Origin: Antedon mediterranea
Lineage: Eukaryota; Animalia; Echinodermata
Length of the DNA: 64,000 nucleotides
Assembly (NCBI RefSeq): GCF_964355755.1
Contig: NC_092675.1
Coordinates: 15,410,912 to 15,474,911 of the forward strand
Reading direction: 5' to 3'
Both the position numbers and the translations under genes were made by a program. Shown in pieces: positions 10,602 through 23,363 of the stretch; position 1 is the stretch's first letter, and every line of letters starts with the position of its first letter. The notes below the pieces were generated by a model. That model was not told the origin of the DNA. It saw only the letters and a program-made list of their open reading frames with translations, and did no database searches.

Positions 10602-13600
10602 TTTCATGGTATTGTTCAAACTCGATTGGATAACGACTCTTTAACACTCTGGGCGTGGTACGGCGGAACAGCACTAGTCCTCAGTTGTACGCACGCGCAA
10701 CAGAGATCATATTGATACGCTCTCATCTTTCAGTATTTTTATTCACGAGGGGGGATCTCCGAAGAGATACTTTTATATATATATATATAATGTTCTTTGC
10801 CTAATTTGTTTGTGTTTGCTCCCGCCTGCGTGAAATCAAATCAATGTTTGCAGCACTATTTCGTCTTCGGTTCCCACTTGTGATTACGCAATACATCACT
10901 TTGCGTCGATACGTCGCTGCGTTGCGTTCTAGTGGGAACACATATAGAAAGACGTCGAGTATACAGAAAACAAGGAATGGCGAAATTAGCAGCGCCAGCC
11001 AATTGAACGATATCGAACGGCTACAAAGCTACACAAGGAAGACGGCGATATACAAGTTAGTACCTTAATATATGCGATGGGGATGGAGGCTGAAACCATC
11101 TTTAAATCTTTTACTTTCACCGAAGATGAGGACAAACAAACTTACATTAAAGTAAGAGATAAATTTAACGAACATTTTATCCCTAAAATAAACGGGCAAA
11201 ATTCTTCCAACGACAGCAACATGAGGGAGAAACCGTCGAGGAGTATGTGCGTGAACTATATGATATGGCTGAAAAATGTGATTTTCAAAGCCCAGTGGTC
11301 AAAAGCGAAAACATCAGGGATAGAATTGTTGTTGGTCTAAAAGACAAAAAAGTTTCAAAGGAACTTCAACTCATGACAAAGCTTACGCTTGAGGGCGTTA
11401 TACAATTAGCAAGAAATGCTGAACTTGTTGATAATCAAATGGCAAACCAACTGGATTTTAGTAAATCCAGCAAAGTCGAAACAACTATTGCAAGCGTAGG
11501 ACGTGGTAGACAAACCAGCAGATACAGACCTAGGGTAAGCGAACCTAGAATAAGTAATGACAACACAAACTATAAATATAACCGCACTGGTGGAAGAAAC
11601 ACCCAACAATGTGGCCGGTGCGGATATGTACATCAAAGTACAACCTGTCCAGCGAAAAGTGCAGAATGCCGTCGCTGCAACAAAAAGGGACACTTTGCAA
11701 AATGTTGCCGCAATAAAGGAGTGGGGGAACTATCATTGACAGATGAACCTGAGGAGTTGTACTTGTTAGATACTGTCACAGGTAATGATAAAGATTAGGA
11801 GCCTTGGCTAGTAAATTTGAAAGTTAGAAACACTACGATCAAGTTCAAAATTGATTCAGGAGCTGATGCTACAATATCATCCGAACATACATAAAATCAG
11901 CTAAAGCCAAAACCGAAGTTAACTCCTACACACATTATTCTCAAGAGCCTAACAACAAAATTAGTGTCACTAGGCAAGTTTACAGTCAAAACAATGTATA
12001 ACAATGAAAGTTACACATTTGATATTCATGTAACTAGAGGAACTACGAGTAATCTATTGAGTCGCAACACGTCATCAAAGATGGGGCTTATTACCGTTAA
12101 CATACAGGAGATCAATAGTACCAACTATTGGACTGTGGAAAACTGAACCGGTAAAAATTCGTCTAAAAGAAGGAACTATCCCGTACCACATTAACGCACC
12201 ACGGAGAGTACCATTGCCTCTACTGCCTAAGGTGGAAAAAGAGTTACAGAAATGGAAGAAGCCGGTGTAATTGAAAAGGTTACTGAGCCTACAGAATGGT
12301 GTGCTCCGATGGCGGTAACCCTAAAAAAGTCTGGGGATGCTCATCTATGTGTTGATTTACGCCAACTGAACAAATCCGTCCAAAGAGAGAGATATATTCT
12401 TCCAACGATAGATGATTTAACACACAAGTTGGCGGACGCCACAGTATTCTCAGCGTTAGATGCAACTAGTGGCTATTATCAGGTTCCGTCATGCGAAGAG
12501 AGTTCAAAACTCACAACGTTCATAACACCAATGGGACGATATCTTTTTAGATGACTGCCCTTTGGCATAACAAGTGCCAGCGAAATATTTCAAAGAAAGA
12601 TGCAGGACATGCTACAAAACGTCGAAGGCATTGTTGTAGTGCAAGATGACATATTAATATCTGGACGCACAATGGCTGAACACGACAAATTTACAAATTA
12701 GTTAATGAGGCTGGGCTTAAATTAAATAAAACCAAGTGCCAAATCCGACAACAAGAACTTATATACTGTACATGGGTGAGAAATTCACCGCAGCAGGCAC
12801 AAGCGTAGACCCAAACAAGACAAAAGCTATCTGCAATCTTCAGTCACCAACAAATGTCAGCGAACTGAGACGTATACTTGGTATGGTTAATTACGTGGGT
12901 CGCTACATTCCTAATCTATCCGACGTAGCCAGACCTATGACAGAATTGTTAAAAGACTCAAACGCATGGACATGGGGTCAAGTACAGGAAGACGCATTTG
13001 CACAAATCAAGAAACTGATTACAGAAGCACCGACACTAACGTATTATGACTCAACTAAACCAATCACCGTGTCAGCAGATGCTAGCAGCTTCGGACTGGA
13101 AGCAGTCTTAATGTAAGAAGAGGAAAACAAATTAAAAGTGATAGCATATGCATCTCGCACATTGACTGAGAGTGAACGCAGATACGCTCAAATAGAAAAG
13201 GAACTATTAGCATCAGTATGGGCTAGTGAACGATTTCATCGGTATCTCTGTGGACTAGACAAATTTGAGCTACTTACCGACCACAAACCACTAGTCCCAC
13301 TCATCAACAGTACTGATCTTGATAAAATTCCCATAAGATGTCAACGACTAATAATGAGATACAACCCCAAAGCAAAACACGTACCTGGGAAGGATATGGT
13401 TATTGCAGACACGTTGTCCAGAAGCCCTATAAACACAAATGAATCAAACACAGAGCAAGCGTAGCACTCTATCTACAGTCAATAACAAACACCTGGTTAG
13501 TCTCTCCACCAAGACTTAAGCGGATAGAGGAAGCAACTAAATGTGAATGCCAAACGCTCATGAAAGTCATATTGGAAGGATGGCCAAAGCATTTCAGCGA

Positions 13601-13642
13601 CACTCCTGATAGCATAAAACCATTGTATAGTTTAGGAAGTCA

Positions 13643-13960
13643 GTGAGTGAGAAGCCGAGCGGTTAAGACAGTGGAACCGTAATTACGTAGCCATAACATC
13701 GGCAGGGGTTCGAGGCTCACTCGCTCCATGGTTCTGGTGGTAGAACGAGTCTTCTCGGATAAGGACTATAAACCGTAGGTCCAGTGTACACATCTAGCTC
13801 GTGTGCACTTTAAAGAACCTAGTACATCTTTCGAGACGAGTAGGGGGTTACCCCGGTGTATTAGTACATCACAGCCACTGATCACCAACTGGGCCCTCTG
13901 GGAGACCAGTCTTTGACTGAAGAGGTTACCCAGTATAAATATAAATTTCAATTCAATTCA
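13643..13960 (+). mobile_element. tRNA-derived SINE with Deu/Nin-like central domain, inserted in Gypsy pol
   Basis: A box (gccgagcggttaag) and B box (ggttcgaggc); core taaaccgtaggtcc...gcactttaaagaacc...gagtagggggttaccccggtgt; (TTCAA)n tail; AAGTCA at 13637-13642 and 13961-13966; removal restores the pol frame. Confidence 0.88.
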
Positions 13961-14454
13961 AAGTCACTTCTCTGCTGTTGATGGAATTATAACTTTTGAT
14001 GATAAGATATACATCCCCACTGTTATGAGAAGGGAAATCTTACAGAGAATTCATGACGGACACCAAGGTGTTACAAAATGTAGAGAGCGGGCAAAATCAT
14101 GTGTTTGTTGGAATGGCCTCAGCAAGGACATAGCTACTGTAACTTTGTTGAAAAATGTAGTCAACCTGTCAACTCTACAAGAAAACAGAGAAGAAAGAGC
14201 CATTAATAACAACACCACTACCGGACCGACCCTGGCAACGATACAGTGCCAAATCACTACCAGAATTGAAACCAGGTGACGTTGTACGTGTTAAGACATG
14301 CCACGATAAAATTTGGTCGAGTCCAGTAAATGTTGTAAGTGAAACAGATCAGCCAAGATCCTACATTGTCCCGACCGCAAGCGGACAACTAAGGAGAAAT
14401 CGTTAAAACTTACAGCAAAACACAGGTCACACTGATAGCCACCTCACCAAATGA

Positions 14455-15450
14455 GTCATGTTCTGTGATTAAATATGCAGACGATACTGTTATCACAGGA
14501 TACATTTTAGGTGATAAGCATGATAATGAATATGACTACTGTAAATTAATATCAGATTTTGTAAATTGGAGCAAATTGAATAATTTTAAGTTAAATGTTG
14601 GTAAAACTAAGGAGATGGTCGTAGACTTTAGAGTAAAGAAAGATGCTATTATTCCAGTTCTGATTGATGGTAACGAAGTAGATAGAGTAGAAGAATATAA
14701 ATACTTAGGTTTTGTCATGGACCACAAACTGTCATGGGAAACCAATACGAATAGAATAGTTAAAAGAGCCAATCAAAGAATGTTTATACTTCGCAAAATG
14801 AAATCACTTAGTATTGATAGCTCCCTGTTAAAATTATTTTATACCACCATGATCCAAAGTATTATGTCTTTCTGTTTGATATGCAATTTAATTATGAAAA
14901 TATTAATAAAAAAGATAAAAAGAAACTGAATCGCATTACAAGGAAAGCTGAATATATTATTAAAGATCCGTTGGTGCAGTTAGATGAGATATACATAGAT
15001 TGGATAGTGAAGGCAGCTCATAAAATAATTAAGGATGTTGATCATCCTTAGCAAATACTTTATTATCAAACGCAATGGTAGGATACATGTTCCAATAACT
15101 AAGACAAACAGATCGAGATATGCCTTTGTTGCAAATGCTATTCATATAATTAATTCACATCACCATCGATAAAATGTTATGTAATACAAGATGTAAACAA
15201 TGAAACATTTAAAACGTAAATTTTTTCAATTTATAAATGTTTTTATATTTTTTATATTTTTAAACTTTTTGAATCCTTTTAAAGCTGTTTTTAATCCTTT
15301 TAAAGGATTTTTTGTGCAATTATGTCTGTGTATATAATATATTTTATTGTATATCTATTTATTATTGTACTAATAATTGTCAATCTTCAAGAAGAATTTC
15401 TGTTGTTATTTTATGATGATGGACAAATAAAGCATTTCAGTATTCAGTAT
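14455..15450 (+). mobile_element. Rex1/Babar-like LINE, 5'-truncated, inserted in the Gypsy 3' region
   Basis: IKYADDTVITG...LNVGKTKEMVVDFR...EYKYLG; AATAAA then (TTCAGTA)n tail at ~15436-15450. Confidence 0.85.
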
Positions 15451-15931
15451 ATCAAAACCGTATTCCAGAAACCAACAACAATACTACAACCGACGTAGCA
15501 TCACCACAACCAAACCAGAGCTACACAACTCGCGCTGGACGACGAGTGAAATCAGTCAACAAACTTGACTTGTGAACTTTTACACACAAAATATGTTGTG
15601 CAATGTTGTGCATCTTCATCGTTTAAGATGGAACTTGTTATTTTGAACTTTGGGACATTGTTTATTTGTTAATGTTTCTGTGGCTCATGATAAATGACAA
15701 TGCTATCGTTTCGATAAATAATAAGACCAACAATACAGTATCAATACTTTAATGCATTTATTACTAATTAGCATAATAATATAGCACAACCACTGACTTA
15801 ATAATATTTAATGATTTATACTGCAATATTGCAATATATTGCATCCGTTTTTAAATAAAGTTGTTATTATTATATTATTATTATTACTATAATTAATAAT
15901 ATTCTGTTCTTTGAACTCAAAGTAAGGAAGA

Positions 15932-16087
15932 TGTCATGATAATATTACCGATACACCGCCCTCTACAGTATGTCTAATAATGATACACAAATAAAAGTAC
16001 GCGGATGTAACATGGCCGACTAGAAACGAACCACGTTGTCGTGTTTGCTCATCGTAAATTGCCTTCTACCCTTCCACCCATATGACA
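15932..16087 (+). repeat. 3' LTR of the Gypsy element (156 bp)
   Basis: Purine tract aaagtaaggaaga immediately upstream; TGTCAT...ATGACA terminal inverted repeat; internal AATAAA. Confidence 0.75.
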
Positions 16088-16991
16088 GAAACCACCCGTT
16101 TTCATGTTTTCACTATTTTCGGTAAACTTACATATTTTTTGCGCTTCCTATTTTTTAGGGTGTTTCAAAGCCCTGTCTTGGCAAGCATATCTATTATTAT
16201 CTGATCTCATTTTTGGTACGTTATCACGAAATAGTGGTTTTTAAAAATATATTTTTAAATGGGCTGTGCAGTGGATGGATGGAATTAGGAGAATCCCCAA
16301 AATTTACTATCGCACTCGACTTCATCGTTGTTTAACAAATAGAAATTCCTGCTTGAGCTTGAAAACATAGCCTTCTGTTTTCACATGTATTTCAACCAGT
16401 ATCGTGCATTTTGGGAGCAGGAGAATCCCCAAGATATCGCGTTTCTAGCAATACTACCCCTTTGCATTATATTTTTCCGTAATTCCACACAATTATAAGT
16501 TAGGCTACTACTAGGCCTAGACTTGGCCTATTTTTTTTTCCATAATTTTTTTTTAATAAGTGGCCTTGCACAGTGCCTTTTAAGTTGGACTTTCTGCCCC
16601 TCAAATTAACGAAAAACTGGAGGCCAACTGGCATTGCCCATAAAATCCACAAATTCGAGGCCTGAAAAGGTTATCAAGCTTTCAAGTAAAAAAAACCATA
16701 ATGATAATCAAAAAAAGAAGTTAATAATAAGAGTAAAATACCAAAAGTTAGGCCCCATGAAAAATTGTATTAGTTTATCATCCCAGCGCACATTTTAGGA
16801 ATATTCCAGGAAATTTTTATTTTTAGTTCATCAGTTTTGAGCTGGGATAGGGTGATAAAATAATTTTTATGGGTCCTTAACACATACAGTGACTGATTTA
16901 GATGTTCGTTTCATATGCAAACATATGCATACATTTACTACATTTTGCAAATTAAAGCCAATTAGTACAAAAATGTTGATAATGTACTTAC

Positions 16992-17056
16992 TTTTGAGAG
17001 CGGTGAATAAAGTTTCATTCAGACTGTAACTATTTTCAAAATATTCCAATATTTCC
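16992..17056 (-). CDS. ovoA: OvoA coding exon (EILEYFENSYSLNETLFTALK)
   Basis: tttattag acceptor and gtaagt donor; 65 nt, phases 2/1 match both neighbours; resembles the metazoan OvoA N-terminus. Confidence 0.88.
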
Positions 17057-19704
17057 CTAATAAAATTTAAAAAAATAAAATAGTGTATTCATTAAAATTG
17101 TATTTCAAAAGTTATTGTTCAGTGAGATACTCTTCAAAATGACTTTAAACTGTAAACTTTATTTTAATTACTTCACTTTTTAAACTTTAAAAAGCAGTAT
17201 TATCAGTATATGAAAAAGGCTGCAAAAGAAAAAATAAATAATTAATCATACTTGTATTCTGCAATATTTGTATTACTATTAATAATCGAGATCTATTGTT
17301 GCACAGTCATCAAGATTAATAGCATAGATAATGTCTACTAAGAATGACTTGCATTTTCAGTGCTACAGCCACAAGAAGTAAAGTTGTGAGTGAGGTGGTG
17401 GCCAAAAAAAGAAAGAAAATTAAGTCTCTAATTGTCAAACTGTGGTACTGTTACTTTATCTGTGTCAAAGATCATATTGTGTATTATTATGTTTGGTCTT
17501 TGATAATTGTAGGCTTTACACTCAAGTATTCCCATTATTTCTATTAATAGAAAAGACAATTTGACGGCCTGATTGATTAACTATCAGAAAAATAATAATC
17601 AGTCATTGCCTGTTAGAATTTGTTGTTTAGGGCAAATACTTTAGATCTACAGTGTATTTACTTTAGAGTAATGTTAACAAGATTAGCAAACAAAAGTTGA
17701 GTAGGACTACACATATCTATTGAACATATCTATTGGTCATACCCACAGATGGTTCTCGAATACATATTAATTTAAGTGTTAAAAAATGGCGATTTTAAAG
17801 TACGTACAGCAGGACAATAATACATGTCGTTTACAGGAACATGCTAACTAGACACAGTGATTTATATACGGTACTCAACTAAAATTAGCACCCTTGGAAT
17901 TACTTCCAAAAGAGAAACTTGTCACAGGCTAAGGTCACACTACAGCCTCAAGCCTGGCACAACTTACAGCAATTGAGATTTCAAGCCAGGCTTGAGTTTA
18001 TTGGGCAGTCACACCATGGAGGTATAAATATATATTTTATACCTCCATGGTCACACTATTCAAATTCTGTTGTCCTCCGAACGAAACTGGAAATCAGTCG
18101 GCTAGCTAAATATATTACTTGAGCTAATCTGTAGTACATATATTACTTACAATCTTATTTAGAATTCACTAGGCCTATGCATTTTGTTATTTAATTTCAA
18201 ATATATATGTAATCGACTGATTGTAAGCATAATACATTATTACTATAGGTAGGTAGGTACAGACAGAGGCGGCATCTTATATAGGCTAGCCGATGCTAGT
18301 TTTGTCTTCAATTCAATCACTGGAATGACAATGCAAAGTGTACAGACTACAAGAAGAAAAAATAATGCACAAATCTCTTTGATATCTTCATGAGTTATCT
18401 AAAAACTTAACCAAAACACGACGAATTTGAACGATCCACGAAAAAATTGCCATGTGAATATCCATCCACTAAAATTCCCAATAAACAACAAAGAGTTGAT
18501 GGCTGTGATTGGCCAGATTCCGGGGAAAAGGATGTGTGCAAAGAGGAACAATTTTTAAATATATTCTTTATCCATTTAGTAACGAAATATTAATTGTTTT
18601 ACAAATAATATACCACCAAACGCAGTAAAACATTTCGATGCATCACTACGACGTTTATTATTTTTTTTACAGTATTAATTGATACAAACGTTAAGAAGCA
18701 ACTGTCAGTAATAAAGTTTATTGTATATAGGCCATATGGTGAAGGAAAAACACTTTTCGTTCCGACCTCTCGAGAGTAACAAATTTAGGACTATGTCAAT
18801 CTATTAATGTATTCCAAGTAATAATGTGAAGGGTTGAACCAAAATATCTTGTAGTCAATACGAATTTTAATTTGTATAAAGCCTATTTCTGGGCCGGACG
18901 ACCAAAAACACGCTGCTGAAATAACTGGTTCACAGCATCGAGCAGCATCTTGTGTTTGTACGCACATCACATCGCGTCAACTTCAATATATTTGCGTAAC
19001 TTCAAGCCAAATTGCGTCATATCTAATTACATCGTGTCAAACAAATATTCAACAAATCAATATAAATAAGTGTGTACCAACTAAAAACTAAAAAACAAGT
19101 GATTTAAAATGATATTTATTTATACACCTATTTAGATTATTTTTCTCATTATCTATCAAAAATAACATGTATCTAACAAAATACAAAACTAGATATTTGC
19201 CTATTTTTCTTAGGATTATTTTAACTTCTGTACATAGAATATAATTTGTATTATTTTATTCCTTCCAGAAGACAAATATACAGATCACATAAACAAACAC
19301 GATGCAAAAACAAAGGAAGTGGAGAGCTGAGGATAGGCAAGAGCAGTACAATAACTACTATCACCAAGAGGTGTGCCCCTCCACTTCCAGTACATTAAAT
19401 AATTATTACAAATAACATTAAAGACCCATTCCCTACAATTTGTGGCGTTTTGTAAAAATAATGCATATTTAAATGTACGTTTTATGGTAAATTATGGAAA
19501 AAAGAGAGAAACAATGCACTACCCTAAGTAGCTCACAGTGAATGTCCGTTCGTTGGCCGTCTCTAGTCCTAGCTAGGCTTAGTTTTGTAGGCCTAGCTGG
19601 TAAACATCGACAACGTAAAACCATTGTACCCGACCTATAGGCCTAGCCTGACGTTGTATAGTTGGTGAATTAATTATCTTTCTGTTTTTGACAGACTCCA
19701 TACA

Positions 19705-20158
19705 TATTTATTTATTTATTTAATCTTTCTTTATTCTGAAATACACTTCAATACAATGTACTGATTTCCAAAATGGTTCAGTTCTTAACTACTTAAATGT
19801 AAACAAAATACAGTATATAAATGGAAAAATATAAAATTAAACCTAAAATTGTCAAAATCAAATTAACACAAGTAAGCACATTTAAAGCTGTACAGTAAAA
19901 ACAGAAAATTAAGATTTTTAAACAAGAGAAAAGAAGTTTTAATCATTGAGCATTAATTAGATTTAGTTTTAAATTAAATTAAAGTTTTGAAATTTGTGAT
20001 TTGAAAGTTGATACTGTCATATCATAAAGATCATTTTTTATTTTGTTAGGTAGAAAGTTCCATAATTTGTAGATCTGTTATTAAAAGTTCTTTTACCTTG
20101 AGTATTATTCCATTTAGGTAATTATCAAAGTGTTGTTACTTTGATTTCGTGTACCTTT
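19705..20158 (-). mobile_element. CR1/L2-group LINE 3' remnant
   Basis: LWNFLPNKIK-type C-terminal motif near 20040-20070 and a (TAAA)n tail near 19706-19722. Confidence 0.55.
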
Positions 20159-21326
20159 TAGTCTAGGACCTGGGTCAGATTTGTATGCATTTAATTTAGG
20201 AGAGAATATCTCAACTGTTATAGGATAATTTGACCCCAACGAACAACATGGAATGTGTGCCAAATTTGCTATCCGGGACGAACATGCCCAAAATCGGGGT
20301 CAAAGGTTAAAAATGTGTGGTTCTTATATCTCGACAACCACTTGTCGTACAGATTTGTTTTTGGTGTCAAATTGTTCAGAATATACATATTTATATTCGG
20401 TCTAACACAACTTTTAGCGAATAAATGACCGGAAATGCTTTTACTGACCTTTGACCCAAAAATGACCAAAAAAACACATTTTCAGGTTAAATTATTCTTT
20501 AAAATGCCAATGGACAAACTGTATGGTATCCAATGAAAGCATACACAATATGCTACCCATTGCTACCCGAATTGTATTGAACATTTTTAATTATGAAGCT
20601 AATTGTATGGAAAATGTGCATATTTTGATTAATTTTATACAAAAATATTTAATATACTGTACTCATTTTAGTAAAAAAATTATAAAATATGCACATTTTA
20701 AACTAAATTAGCATCATAATTACAGATTTTTAATACAAGTTGGGTAGCAATGGATAGAATACTTTATGGGCTTTCATTTGATACCAAATAGTTTTTCCAA
20801 ACACTTAAATTATTTAATATTATATAAATAAACATAATAATTACGCTACCAAATATTCATTTTTTGTATAAAAATAATCAAAATATGCACATTTTCCATA
20901 CAATTAGCTTCATAATTAAACATTTTCAATACAAGTTGGATAGCAATAGGTAGCATATTGTGTATGCTTTCATTTGATACCATACAGTTTGTCCATTGGC
21001 ATTTTAAAGAATAATTTAACCCAAAAATGACCAAAGGTCAGTAAAAGCATTTCCGGTCATTTTTTCGCTAAAGGTTGTGTTAGTATGAATATAAATATGT
21101 ATATTCTGAACAATGTGACACCAAAAGCAAATCTGTACGACAAGTGGTTGTCGAGATATAAGAACCACACATTTTTAACCTTTGACCCTGATTTTGGGCA
21201 TGTTCGTCCCGGATAACGAATTTGGCACACATTCCATGGTTTTCGTTGGGGTCAAATTATCCTATAACAGTTGAGATATTCTCTCCTAAATTAAATGCAT
21301 ACAAATCTGACCCAGGTCCTAGACTA
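20159..21326. mobile_element. Non-autonomous foldback TIR element, Academ-type termini (TAG...CTA)
   Basis: ~480-bp near-perfect inverted repeats (tagtctaggacctgggtcagatttg... / ...caaatctgacccaggtcctagacta) around a ~200-bp spacer; no clean TSD. Confidence 0.85.
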
Positions 21327-22480
21327 TATTTATTGTGACTGCCGTTTCATTTTTCACAAAGTTATGTAATATATTTATATAATGGGTGTGGCTTAAGTAA
21401 TGGCATCATTGTATTGTTCAAATTATATTTTATATAGTTCCGTGGTTTTGTACATGCCATAAGCTTTAATCTAAGACCAAACTTGCCATATTAATTTGAT
21501 TTCTTAAATTTTCCCACAAAGTTTAATAGGTAACATATAATGCGTGTGGCCTTGATGACGTCATTATATTGTGAAATTATATTTTCCTTATGGTAGTGGT
21601 ATTGCACATGTCATTAGCTTTAATTTGATACCAAATTTATGTAATTTATAGTTTTTTTTAATTTTCACATAGCTACATAATAATATTTTTAAAAATTGTT
21701 CAAATTTTTGGGCACCACTTCTCAATTGTTATTTATTTATTTTTTCTCATTTTAGGCGAATTGCCAAGGATAACCACAAGTGAAATCATTCACTATCCTT
21801 CTCAAAGGTGGCAATCCCATTCACAAGACAAACATATACACAAGATGCTCTACATAAACAAAGACTTTCTGCCAAGTTTGGTGCTTTTGTCACAAAGTGC
21901 GCAAAATGGCCAAAAATAGGATCCTATTAAAATATTGTAATTCACTGTCAGGTAATCATTGAATTATTATCAAAACAGTCAATATAATAGTAAAGGTTTT
22001 GTTTGTAATAGGATAAAATTTGTTCACACACTTGAAGCATCTACAGTAGGCTTGATGAATTGACCCCCAGACTTGACCTTAGCAATAAAATAAACTAAAG
22101 TGACAGAAATTGAGTCTGTTTAGTATAATAAAGTAATATTATTTAGACATCATTTTTATTTAAATTTTTTAATAAGCACATCATCTTTTACAGATTCAGT
22201 ATTTTTTGTTTTTCAAATTCAATTGCACAATTATGACATATCAAAGTATGAATTCTTGTTGTATTTTACTTCAAATACAAAAGTTAATCACTTCTGTAAC
22301 AAAAAAATAATGTTTCTTCACGTATAAAAGAGAAAAGAAATGTTTAATTATAACCCAAAAAACAGTATTTTTTGCTTTTTTCAGGTAAATAATTGTTTGG
22401 TTAACGTGAATAACTGTTATGTGACATTAAAAACAAATTTAAAAAAATATTTTTCAGGTGGACAATATATCTTTAAAACT

Positions 22481-23107
22481 GTTGATTGTACACTGCTTGG
22501 TTGATTGTACACTGCTTGGTTGATTGTACACTGCTTGGTTGATTGTACACTGCTTGGTTGATTGTACACTGCTTGGTTGATTGTACACTGCTTGGTTGAT
22601 TGTACACTGCTTGGTTGATTGTACACTGCTTGGTTGATTGTACACTGCTTGGTTGATTGTACACTGCTTGGTTGATTGTACACTGCTTGGTTGATTGTAC
22701 ACTGCTTGGTTGATTGTACACTGCTTGGTTGATTGTACACTGCTTGGTTGATTGTACACTGCTTGGTTGATTGTACACTGCTTGGTTGATTGTACACTGC
22801 TTGGTTGATTGTACACTGCTTGGTTGATTGTACACTGCTTGGTTGATTGTACACTGCTTGGTTGATTGTACACTGCTTGGTTGATTGTACACTGCTTGGT
22901 TGATTGTACACTGCTTGGTTGATTGTACACTGCTTGGTTGATTGTACACTGCTTGGTTGATTGTACACTGCTTGGTTGATTGTACACTGCTTGGTTGATT
23001 GTACACTGCTTGGTTGATTGTACACTGCTTGGTTGATTGTACACTGCTTGGTTGATTGTACACTGCTTGGTTGATTGTACACTGCTTGGTTGATTGTACA
23101 CTGCTTG
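22481..23107. repeat. 19-bp minisatellite (GTTGATTGTACACTGCTTG) x33
   Basis: 627 bp = 33 units, no variant seen; explains the three repetitive ORFs at 22417-23156. Confidence 0.98.
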
Positions 23108-23283
23108 GTCCCCAGAAATTGTACAAAATTATAAGTTTACAGGACCAGCACACCATGGTTGGGGCTCAGCTAAGACATTTTTGAAAAATATAGCTGCTAT
23201 TGTAGTTCCTCATAAACTACCGTACACATTTTATTTTATGTATAATAAAAAGAGAGATAAATAAAAGAGTTCAGAATACTTAC

Positions 23284-23363
23284 TTCCTTGTACTTGAGTT
23301 CAGGTCACAAGGTTTCATGGATTTAATAGTGTATGGTCCCGTCAGAACTCCTAATTGATCCAT
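23284..23363 (-). CDS. ovoA: Ovothiol synthase OvoA, first recognisable coding exon (MDQLGVLTGPYTIKSMKPCDLNSSTRK)
   Basis: Acceptor ttttccag ends at 23382, ATG at 23363-23361, donor gtaagt from 23283. The phase-2 end (AA|G) joins in frame to the 17056 exon. The 18 nt between acceptor and ATG are open, so the true start could lie further upstream. Confidence 0.8.

Larger units (their letters stand above)
9575..10811 (-). repeat. Tandem array of three ~360-bp tRNA-containing units separated by (TA)n and bounded by inverted copies of the unit end
   Basis: Units start aaacacaagaggcaaagaacattaattctaaaccgcccggtg at ~9651, ~10028 and ~10419; reverse-complement copies of that end at ~9583-9629 and ~10789-10811. 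Confidence 0.9.
10860..16087 (+). mobile_element. Ty3/Gypsy LTR retrotransposon, degraded (gag-PR-RT-RH-partial IN, 3' LTR only)
   Basis: Gag with zinc knuckles (CGRCGYVH..C, CRRCNKKGHFAKCC), protease DSGAD (~11853), RT (CVDLRQLN, LDATSGYYQ, QDDILI), RNase H (ADASSFGL, IAYASR, TDHKPL), IN HHCC start (IHDGHQG); integrase core deleted; 5' boundary approximate. Confidence 0.95.

Noticed and set aside
10790-10860. 5' LTR of the Gypsy element
   Set aside because: Only a 10-bp match (gtgtttgctc) to the 3' LTR; no TG...CA copy or primer-binding site recognisable.
22417-23156. Three overlapping 215-227-aa ORFs, and a possible CRISPR-like array
   Set aside because: Artefact of a stop-free 19-bp tandem repeat; there are no spacers or cas genes and the context is eukaryotic.
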